A stretch of DNA of 64,000 nucleotides from positions 266,938 through 330,937 of the forward strand of contig JAHLLB010000001.1 in NCBI GenBank assembly GCA_020444425.1. Direction: 5' to 3'. This stretch comes from a bacterium (GTDB lineage: Bacteria; Electryoneota; Electryoneia; Electryoneales; Electryoneaceae). This document shows positions 56,483 to 64,000 of this stretch, one piece after another. The translations under genes and the position numbers were made by a program. Every line of letters begins with the position of its first letter. Position 1 is the first letter of the stretch. The notes below the pieces were generated by a model that saw only the letters and a program-made list of their open reading frames with translations, made no database searches and was not told the origin of the DNA.

Positions 56483-58147
56483 ATGAAAACACGCAACTCC
56501 ATGATCGTGCTGCTCGTTTTAGTGACGCTGGCCGGTTCGTGCTTCGCTGAGGCGTACACCCCTCCCCCGCCGGTCCCGGACGACAGGGCACCGATCCCGA
56601 AGCCGGAGTACGAAGGAGCGAAAGATGACTTCGCGGAAGGCATCAACTACGAGTTCATCTACAGCCTTAAAAACACGCTGAACATCAGCCGTCAGATCCG
56701 TTTGCTGACCGACACGCCGAAGCAAGCGCTGAACGTGAACGCATTCGGCGAAGTGGACGACAACTCGTGGTTCACCAACCGCAACGCGCGACACCCGATG
56801 AGCCTGGACGAAATTTCACGCGGGGCGTGCAGCGGTGACGGTCCGGATACGGAACACACGTGGATCATCAAGCGTGCGAAAGCGGAAGGTGTCACTCCCG
56901 GCTTTCACATCAAAGACGCCCGCGGCGACCGCTACGTGATTAAGTTCGACCCGATCGGCTACGGTGGGTTGAACTCCGGCGCGGATGCCTGCGGTGCGAA
57001 GTTCTTCTACGCGGCGGGCTACAACACCCCGGAGAACTACATCGTCTATTTTGATCCCGCCATCCTGCAGCTCGATCCGGACGGCGTGTCGTTCACCGAT
57101 TCCGATGGCCGCAAACGGCACATGACCGAGGAGGATCTGGACGCCGTCCTTGAGCGTGTCAACATCCTGCCGGACGGTCGCATTCAGTGCCTCGCCAGCA
57201 AGTATATCCAGGGCGACCTTCTCGGCCCGTTCTCGTTCAAGGGCACTCGCGAGGATGACCCGAACGACTTCATCCCGCACCATCATCGCCGTGAGCTGCG
57301 TGGGCAGAAGGCGTTCGCGGTCTGGGTCAATCACTATGACGCCAAGGGCGCGAACTCGATGGACGCCTACGTCGGCGAGGATGGCGAAGGTCATGTCGTT
57401 CACTACATGATGGACTTCGGCACGGTGCTCGGTTCCGGTGGACGCGGACCATATCCGCTGTTCCGCGGCTACGAGGATGAAATCCCGACCGGTCCGTTGA
57501 TGCGAAAGATCGTCACCATCGGTCTCGACGTTCGTGACTACGAAAAGCCGGACTCGGTACTGTATCCGAGTGTCGGCAGATTGCGGAATGCGTCCCTGAA
57601 CCCGGACAAGTACCGCACCGTGTTCCCGAATCCGGCGTACGACAACGCCACTGATCTCGACATGTATTGGGGCACGAAGCTGGTGACGTCATTCACGGAT
57701 GAACAGATCCGGGCGATCATCGAGACCGGTCCGTATCCGGCAGGTGGAGTTGATCACCTGGTCAACGTGCTCAGCGAACGACGTGATATCATCGGCCGCA
57801 CCTACTTCGGCCGGGTCAATTGCCTTGACCGGTTCGAAATGGTCGACAGGGATGTGCTCGCGTTCGACGACCTCTGGGTTGAGATGGGCTACGGCGAAGC
57901 GGACGAGGTCGTGTACAACTACGAACTGCAGAATGAGGACGGCGAAGTCCTCTCCAGCGGCGAATTTGCCGGCACCGAGCTCGAGCTGCCCCTGATCCCG
58001 GACAAGCTTGGTGACCATCGACAGGTAAGAGTGGAGTTGCGTCTGAAGCGGAGTGATGAAAAGAAGTTCGGGCGATACGTTCAAGTATGGCTCGAAGACG
58101 ATCTCGCAGGCGGGTATCGTCTCCTCGGTGTGGAACGGGAGGAATAG
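56483..58147 (+). CDS. Secreted atypical protein-kinase-like protein
   Basis: Signal peptide; beta3 Lys in YVIKF (K154), catalytic loop HYDAKGAN (D286-x-K-x-x-N291), MMDFG (D311). Confidence 0.7.
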   Translation: MKTRNSMIVLLVLVTLAGSCFAEAYTPPPPVPDDRAPIPKPEYEGAKDDFAEGINYEFIYSLKNTLNISRQIRLLTDTPKQALNVNAFGEVDDNSWFTNRNARHPMSLDEISRGACSGDGPDTEHTWIIKRAKAEGVTPGFHIKDARGDRYVIKFDPIGYGGLNSGADACGAKFFYAAGYNTPENYIVYFDPAILQLDPDGVSFTDSDGRKRHMTEEDLDAVLERVNILPDGRIQCLASKYIQGDLLGPFSFKGTREDDPNDFIPHHHRRELRGQKAFAVWVNHYDAKGANSMDAYVGEDGEGHVVHYMMDFGTVLGSGGRGPYPLFRGYEDEIPTGPLMRKIVTIGLDVRDYEKPDSVLYPSVGRLRNASLNPDKYRTVFPNPAYDNATDLDMYWGTKLVTSFTDEQIRAIIETGPYPAGGVDHLVNVLSERRDIIGRTYFGRVNCLDRFEMVDRDVLAFDDLWVEMGYGEADEVVYNYELQNEDGEVLSSGEFAGTELELPLIPDKLGDHRQVRVELRLKRSDEKKFGRYVQVWLEDDLAGGYRLLGVEREE

Positions 58148-58148
58148 A

Positions 58149-59387
58149 GTGACGCTTCAACGCTCCTCCCGCATCCTCGTTCTGACCCTCGCCGTGGCCG
58201 TGTTGTTGAACGGCTGCGCGTCGAAAGGGCTGCTCACCGACCGTTACGACGCGGACGAGATCGCCGTACCTCGACTGTTGCCCGAGGATCTGCACAACCA
58301 TAACCCGCGCTTCATCGTGATCGGAGATGAACAGAAGGGCCGCAGCGTCATCGAGGATTTCTACCGCAAGGAAAACTGGGCGACCTGGTGGCAGTTGGCG
58401 GTTCCGTTTTACCAGATCTACCTGCTGTACAACGGCATCTCCGGCGGGATCAATTACCTCCGCCACGTTCCAGATGCCGGCGACGAAACACGTACAATGA
58501 TGCGGGACGTGCTGTATCGTGACGTGAAAGAGCTCGGTGCGACGTTCGTCCTCGAAACGGGTGACATCGCGGCGGCTGATGGCCGCTATCCTGACCACTG
58601 GGAGGTGTTCCTCGAGGGCAAGAAGTGGTCGCATCCGTTTTTATCTGAAATTCCCTACGTGCCCACCATCGGCAACCACGAGTGGGCCAACGATACGACC
58701 TATGCGTGGCCGAACTACCAGGCGGTATTCGACTACCCGCGTTTCTACGCGCTGGAGTTCAAGTCCGCGGTGCTGATCGTGCTGGATTCAAATTTCCTCG
58801 TTGACCAGTGGGAGCTGATCCCGGACGACGAACAGGAAACGTTGTACAAGGAATGGTTTGTCAGCGGTGAGGGCAGCTCGTGGCTGGAACAGACTCTGGC
58901 CAAGTATGCTGATAAACCGTTCAAGATTGTCAGCATGCACCACCCCCCCATTACGTATGGCTGGCACTGGGTTGACTGGTACAAGGATCATTTTGGCCGT
59001 AACCTGACAGACAAGCGCCGCGACCTGTTGCAGCTGTTCGCAGACAACGGTGTGCAGGCGGTATTTTCCGGGCACGAGCACGTTTACCAGCACAACCCGA
59101 CGCACCTGCTGTCCGGCGGAGACACGCACACTATCCACTTCTACACCAGCAGTGGCGGTGGCGTGCCGATCCGTTCCGCGCCACCTGTCGAGCAAGTAGA
59201 GGAGTTGCGCTACAAATACCGCCAGGAAGGGCTGGGCGCTCATCAACCGACGATCTTGAGTGAGTATCATTACTGTCTGGTGTCTGTCGAGGGTGACCGG
59301 TTGATCATTGACACGATGGTCGTTGACAGTGAAGACTCCGAGCACGAATCGAGCCTGTTTGAACGGACGGTGATAGACGCACCCTGA
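58149..59387 (+). CDS. Lipoprotein calcineurin-like metallophosphoesterase (purple acid phosphatase-like)
   Basis: GTG start 1 nt after the kinase stop; lipobox LLNG|C; motifs GDxQ, TGD, GNHE, HHP, SGHEH. Confidence 0.88.
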   Translation: MTLQRSSRILVLTLAVAVLLNGCASKGLLTDRYDADEIAVPRLLPEDLHNHNPRFIVIGDEQKGRSVIEDFYRKENWATWWQLAVPFYQIYLLYNGISGGINYLRHVPDAGDETRTMMRDVLYRDVKELGATFVLETGDIAAADGRYPDHWEVFLEGKKWSHPFLSEIPYVPTIGNHEWANDTTYAWPNYQAVFDYPRFYALEFKSAVLIVLDSNFLVDQWELIPDDEQETLYKEWFVSGEGSSWLEQTLAKYADKPFKIVSMHHPPITYGWHWVDWYKDHFGRNLTDKRRDLLQLFADNGVQAVFSGHEHVYQHNPTHLLSGGDTHTIHFYTSSGGGVPIRSAPPVEQVEELRYKYRQEGLGAHQPTILSEYHYCLVSVEGDRLIIDTMVVDSEDSEHESSLFERTVIDAP

Positions 59388-59448
59388 CGGACCCGGCCCA
59401 ATTGATCTGCCAATCGCACTGCAATCGTTTCAAGGGGATAACGATCGA

Positions 59449-60783
59449 ATGACCAACCCATTCCAGGTGATTTCGGGGATCAAGCGCAAAGAACTGCCGC
59501 TGGCGCTGCTGATGTTTGCTTACTTTTTCCTCGTGATCTCGAGTTTCTGGATTCTTAAGCCGATCAAGAAGTCGCTGTTCATCTCGTACTACGACGTTGG
59601 CGGCTTCAACCTGTTCGGCTGGCTGATGACGGCGTCGCAGGCCGAGCTGCTGGCAAAAGTGCTGAACATGCTCGTCGCGGTGGTTGCGGTGACGGTGTTC
59701 ACGTTGCTTGTGCGACGCATGCGGCGGCAACAGCTGACCTATGTCTTCTCCGCTTTCTTCATCATCAGTTACGGCTTCTACACCTTCCTGCTGGCCAACC
59801 TCAGCGGCGCAGTCGTGTGGTCGTTCTACCTCTTCGGCGATCTGTACAGCACGTTGATGGTCGCCACTTTCTTTGCATTCATGAACGACAGCGTCACGGC
59901 CAACGAGGCGAAACGGATGTACGGCCTGGTGGTGCTGGGCGGCGTCACCGGCGGCGTGTTCGGTACCAGTTCGCTGCGGCTGTGGATTGACGCGCTTTCG
60001 TCGTCCCAGTGGATGTGGGTTTTGATGGTGGTCGCGTTTATCATCCTGATGATTGCCTATGCGGCAGGCCGGCTCGTGGAAACTCGGCCGCTTGCTGCCG
60101 CCCCCACAGCGGCGCCGAAACCGGCGAACGAGGAGAAGAAATCGTCCAGCCGGAATGCTGCGTTCGAGGGAGCCGCACTGGTGTTCCGCAGCAAGTATTT
60201 GCTGTCGATTGTCGCGATTGTCGGGTTGTACGAAATCGTCAGCACCATCCTCGACTTCCAGTTCACCGCGACGGTGGCCCATTACAAGGACGGTGCTGCG
60301 ATTGGCGAACACTTCTCGACGGTGTTCGCGATCACCAACTGGACCTCGCTGCTGGTACAGTTCTTCCTCACGTCGATTATTCTGTCACGGTTCGGAGTAA
60401 TGGTCGCCCTGTCCATTCTGCCGATGATCATGATTTTTGCGTCCGGCGGGTTCCTCGCCGTGCCGATCCTGTGGATGGGCAGCATGCTGAACACGGCGGA
60501 CAACGGCTTCAGCTATTCGATCAACCAGTCGGCAAAGGAAACGCTGTACGTGCCGACCGACCGGGACACGAAATACAAGGCGAAAGCGTTCATTGACATG
60601 TTTGTGCAGCGGTTCGCCAAGGCGATAGCGGTCGGGGTGTCGTTGCTGGTGACCAGCATCTTCGCATCCTTCGGCAGTATCCGCTGGCTGTCTTTGTTCA
60701 CGATTGCGATTGTCGTGCTGTGGTTGATCGCGGTACGTTATGCGGGACGGGAGTTCAAGCGGATGACGCAGGAATCGAAGTAA
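59449..60783 (+). CDS. NTT/TLC family nucleotide (ATP/ADP) transporter
   Basis: About 12 TMs; ILKPIK.SLF, EAKRMYG, LDFQF, YSINQSAKETLYVP...KYKAKAFIDMFVQR. Confidence 0.85.
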   Translation: MTNPFQVISGIKRKELPLALLMFAYFFLVISSFWILKPIKKSLFISYYDVGGFNLFGWLMTASQAELLAKVLNMLVAVVAVTVFTLLVRRMRRQQLTYVFSAFFIISYGFYTFLLANLSGAVVWSFYLFGDLYSTLMVATFFAFMNDSVTANEAKRMYGLVVLGGVTGGVFGTSSLRLWIDALSSSQWMWVLMVVAFIILMIAYAAGRLVETRPLAAAPTAAPKPANEEKKSSSRNAAFEGAALVFRSKYLLSIVAIVGLYEIVSTILDFQFTATVAHYKDGAAIGEHFSTVFAITNWTSLLVQFFLTSIILSRFGVMVALSILPMIMIFASGGFLAVPILWMGSMLNTADNGFSYSINQSAKETLYVPTDRDTKYKAKAFIDMFVQRFAKAIAVGVSLLVTSIFASFGSIRWLSLFTIAIVVLWLIAVRYAGREFKRMTQESK

Positions 60784-60839
60784 GAACGGACCGTGCGTGA
60801 TCCGGTTATTGATAGAGGAATCTGGCACAGGAGGTCGTG

Positions 60840-61568
60840 ATGAAGTCGTCTCGCTGGTTTGTGATCGGATTGGTTCTCGTGCTTGGAATCGTGCTGCTAC
60901 GGCCGGTGCCAGCGCTCTCCCAGAACCGCGGCTGGGAGCGTTTTTATGAAGAGAATCTCGACCACTTCGTGCAATTCGGCCTCGAGAATGGAGTAAACCT
61001 CGCGTGGGCGCACCGATTCCAGGAAACGAACTTCCTTCGCTATGGGTTGGATCTGCGTCTCCAGGACGGAACCCGTGACAACAAGTGGGTGATGCCGGAT
61101 ACGACCACGTGGCAGAACGAATCGACCGATCAGTTCAACGTTCGGCTGCACGTGGATTACCTCAAGCCGGTCTACCCGTATGAGGCGGTGCGGCTGTACA
61201 TCGGGGCGGGACCGTTGTTCGGCCTGACCTGGTCCAACGACGAAATTTCGGAGCCAGTGGATCCAAACCTCGGCCTGCCGAACGAGAAACGCACGCTCGA
61301 GTACCAATCGTGGGAGATGGGCGCGCGGGCACTGGTCGGTGGTGAATATGCCCTCAACAGCCGCCTCAGCTTCTTCGCTGAGGTCAGCTTCGATGTGACC
61401 CATATCTGGTCGAAGACAGAGCAGAACCGGGATGACCTGCGTTACGACACCGGCACAGACTCGTACAGCATGGAACACTCAGTGTACACCGTCGAGAACA
61501 AGGATTGGGACATCGACATGAGCAACGTGATGATCGGCGTGACCTTCCGTTACGGCGAGGCACCCTGA
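60840..61568 (+). CDS. Small outer-membrane beta-barrel protein
   Basis: AGGAGG RBS, signal peptide, LYIGAGP, GARALVGGEY, C-terminal VMIGVTFRY. Confidence 0.8.
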   Translation: MKSSRWFVIGLVLVLGIVLLRPVPALSQNRGWERFYEENLDHFVQFGLENGVNLAWAHRFQETNFLRYGLDLRLQDGTRDNKWVMPDTTTWQNESTDQFNVRLHVDYLKPVYPYEAVRLYIGAGPLFGLTWSNDEISEPVDPNLGLPNEKRTLEYQSWEMGARALVGGEYALNSRLSFFAEVSFDVTHIWSKTEQNRDDLRYDTGTDSYSMEHSVYTVENKDWDIDMSNVMIGVTFRYGEAP

Positions 61569-61792
61569 TATCACGCTGATTGCTTGCTGCGACATTATTC
61601 CGTGCGTGATCCAGATCCGGGTTATGCACGTTTTCTCTCTCCGTGTTGCTTTGCATTCACGCTTGTGTGTTGTTTGCCCCACGCCTGATCCATCGCGTGT
61701 TTGCATGAAGCTCCATCGCCAGCCGTCAAGGAGAATTCGCAATTCCGTCACATAAGCGAAGTTCGAAGATAGATTGTTGCGGATCGGAGACA

Positions 61793-61809
61793 TTGGCATC
61801 TCCTTTGCG
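61793..61809 (+). promoter_or_regulatory. Sigma54 (-24/-12) promoter upstream of the 61928 barrel gene
   Basis: TTGGCATCTCCTTTGCG (GG-N10-GC, close to consensus TGGCAC-N5-TTGC). Confidence 0.65.
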
Positions 61810-61927
61810 AAGAGTTCAAGCGAATTCGGAGGGAACGAAAATCGTTTTCAAGCGTTTATTTAAGTTTATGGAACACGAACCAGGACGATAGATCCGGAGG
61901 GACTTGTTTAACCAAGAGAGGGGCATC

Positions 61928-62647
61928 ATGAACACGAAGCATGGTTTACTGACAGGAATCATTATACTCTTACTGTTGGTAATGGCCTTACCCGTATCTG
62001 CGGGGTTGTTTGAAGACGATGAGGTGTACTACAGTGATGACCACCCGAACATGATCCAGCTCGGGTTGGATGAAACGGTCACACTGGCGTGGGCACACCG
62101 TGCGTTCGGTGATTACCTGATCCGTTACGGTGTCGACCTCAACTACTGGGGCGCGGACGAAGAGGAAACCCGGACCTACCCGGCCCCAGACACCACACTG
62201 TTCTATGAAGGCGAGGGCCACGACTACTACACCAGCCTGCATATCGATTTCATCAAGCCGTTCGAACCGTACAAGCAGGTGCGTGTCTATGTCGGCGGTG
62301 GTCCGTTCTTCAGTTGGGGCGACCGGGAAACGCGCGACAAGGTGCTGGTCGATCCGGACTATGGTTTGCCTGACTATTACAACAAATACACGGCGCAAAA
62401 CAAGCGGGCCGGCGTACGTGCGCTGGTCGGCGGTGAGTTCGCGGTCAATCAGCGTGTCGGCATCTTCTTCGAAACTGGATTCAATGCCTACATGCAGTGG
62501 AGTGAGTATGATACCTACGACCGGCAGGTCCTGTACAACCCTGACACTGAGTCGTATTACTACGGCGACTATTCGCGGGAGAGTGACTATTCCCGTTGGA
62601 ACGTCAACATGTCCAACGTGATGGTCGGCATCACCTTCCGCTACTAG
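61928..62647 (+). CDS. Small outer-membrane beta-barrel protein, paralog of 60840-61568
   Basis: Shared blocks LAWAHR, RYG.DL, LH.D..KP, RALVGGE, MSNVM.G.TFRY. Confidence 0.82.
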   Translation: MNTKHGLLTGIIILLLLVMALPVSAGLFEDDEVYYSDDHPNMIQLGLDETVTLAWAHRAFGDYLIRYGVDLNYWGADEEETRTYPAPDTTLFYEGEGHDYYTSLHIDFIKPFEPYKQVRVYVGGGPFFSWGDRETRDKVLVDPDYGLPDYYNKYTAQNKRAGVRALVGGEFAVNQRVGIFFETGFNAYMQWSEYDTYDRQVLYNPDTESYYYGDYSRESDYSRWNVNMSNVMVGITFRY

Positions 62648-62696
62648 ATCCCATCTACACGACATACTCTGAACGCGCCCAATCGCGATTCAGACT

Positions 62697-62742
62697 TCAC
62701 CCGGCTCCCGGATAGCCCCATGCACGGTTCGGAGCCGGGTGA
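62697..62742. repeat. 12-bp-stem inverted repeat before the second NTT gene
   Basis: TCACCCGGCTCC ... GGAGCCGGGTGA. Confidence 0.6.
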
Positions 62743-62804
62743 TTCACGTTGTACCTTGCCGTGCGAGTCGAACCCCGAATTTGCAGACAGACGAATCCGT
62801 CACC

Positions 62805-64000
62805 ATGCAAAAACCCCTGTTGCGCAAAGCACTCAACCTTGAGCCCGGTGAGGGAAAACGGGCGGCGTTGATGTTCAGCTACATCTTTCTGCTGATCGCG
62901 ACGTTGCTCGTGGTCAAGCCGGTGCGCAACTCGCTGTTCCTCACCCATTTCGGCATCGAGATGCTGCCGTACGCGTTTCTGCTCGTGGCGGTGGTATCCG
63001 GGCTGTTTGTCGCGATCTACACCCGTATTGCGAACAAGATCCGGCTTGATCGATTGATCCAATACACGTTGGGAAGCAGCGTCGGAACGATTATCGTACT
63101 CTGGCTGCTCTTGCAACTACACTACGAAGCCGGCTGGTTCTTCTTCCTTTTGTATGTCTGGGTAGCGATCTTCGGCGTGCTGGTTACGACGCAGTTCTGG
63201 TTGCTCGCGAACTATGTGTTCAACGTGCGCGAGGCAAAACGCATTTTCGGTCTGCTCGGCGCGGGTGGAATCGCTGGCGGGATCTTTGGCGGCTATTTCA
63301 CGAACATTCTCGCTCCGTTTGCCGGCAGCGAGGATCTGCTGCTGTTCGGCGCGTTGTTCCTGATCGGGTGCATGGTGCTGGTACAATTTGTCTGGACCAC
63401 GGGCGCCCAGGAAACGTACCGCGAACAGACTCAGCGCCGCCGCAAACGGCAGAGCGCGGACCTCGACGGCACGAATCCGATGCGAATCGTGTTCGGCAAC
63501 CGTTATCTCAGCCTGCTTGCAACCCTGATCGGGGTCGGTGTCATCATCGCCAACCTCGTTGACTACCAGTATAGCGCGATCGCGACCTCGGTGATCACGG
63601 ACGAGGACAAGCTGACCGCGTTCTTCGGGTTCTGGCTCTCAACGTTGAGCGTCTTCTCGCTGGTGATTCAGCTGCTGCTGACCAGCCGTGTCCTGCGCCG
63701 TTATGGTGTGGGCGGCTCCCTCTACTTCCTCCCCGGAGGTATCCTCGTTGGTTCGATCATGGTATTGATCTCCGGTGGGTTGACCTCGGCGGTGATGATC
63801 AAATTGTTCGAAGGCGGATTCAAGCAGTCGATCCACAAGGCCGGGCTCGAACTGCTGTGGTTGCCGATTCCGACCTCGGTGAAAAACCGGGTCAAGGCGT
63901 TCATTGATGTCTTCGTCGACAACACCGCCACCGGCATCGGCGGGTTGTTGCTGATTCTGCTCGCCGATCAGCTCGGCTGGGGTATTGGCGGTGTCAGCGG
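62805..64000 (+). CDS. Second NTT/TLC family nucleotide transporter, running off the window
   Basis: Not in the ORF track. MQKPLLRKALNLEPGEGKRAALMFSYIFLL...VKPVRNSLFL, QFWLLANYVFNVREAKRIFG, VDYQY, SIHKAGLELLWLP...KNRVKAFIDVFVD. Confidence 0.85.
   Translation, partial: MQKPLLRKALNLEPGEGKRAALMFSYIFLLIATLLVVKPVRNSLFLTHFGIEMLPYAFLLVAVVSGLFVAIYTRIANKIRLDRLIQYTLGSSVGTIIVLWLLLQLHYEAGWFFFLLYVWVAIFGVLVTTQFWLLANYVFNVREAKRIFGLLGAGGIAGGIFGGYFTNILAPFAGSEDLLLFGALFLIGCMVLVQFVWTTGAQETYREQTQRRRKRQSADLDGTNPMRIVFGNRYLSLLATLIGVGVIIANLVDYQYSAIATSVITDEDKLTAFFGFWLSTLSVFSLVIQLLLTSRVLRRYGVGGSLYFLPGGILVGSIMVLISGGLTSAVMIKLFEGGFKQSIHKAGLELLWLPIPTSVKNRVKAFIDVFVDNTATGIGGLLLILLADQLGWGIGGVS

Overview
A 64-kb chromosomal window from a GC-rich (about 60%) diderm bacterium. 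The secreted proteins with 'YPNPFN...K(V/L)MLVR' C-terminal sorting domains and the Omp85/NTT gene types suggest an FCB-superphylum lineage outside Bacteroidota (inference only). Contents in order: a low-GC partial beta-barrel gene, a lipid A acyltransferase, a TPR protein and a 0.9-kb array of REP-doublet units. Then come five tandem secreted proteins with T9SS-type CTDs, including two C10 peptidase/FG-GAP proteins, and a Na+-pumping methylmalonyl-CoA decarboxylase operon interrupted by a lipoprotein gene. These are followed by sodC, a beta-carbonic anhydrase, mutS2, a CpoB-like TPR protein, an M23 peptidase, valS, hicB with a frameshifted hicA, hemolysin III, DUF4139, recG and a peptidase/beta-propeller/Omp85 fusion. 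Next are two glycosyltransferases, a NifX-like gene with a sigma54 promoter and a divergent PAS sigma54 activator, and a porin/small binding protein/two-kinase signalling module. The best candidate for an undescribed system is the tight operon from 55.2 kb to the window end. It encodes a POTRA-less Omp85 barrel, a signal-peptide-bearing atypical kinase, a lipoprotein metallophosphoesterase, an NTT-family ATP/ADP translocase, two paralogous OM barrels and a second NTT, which together look like an ATP-export-fuelled extracytoplasmic phosphorylation cycle. Palindromic REP-like elements also appear in-frame inside valS and mutS2, and possibly recG. No rRNA, tRNA, CRISPR array or transposase was recognised. 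All assignments come from manual motif reading; no database search was run.
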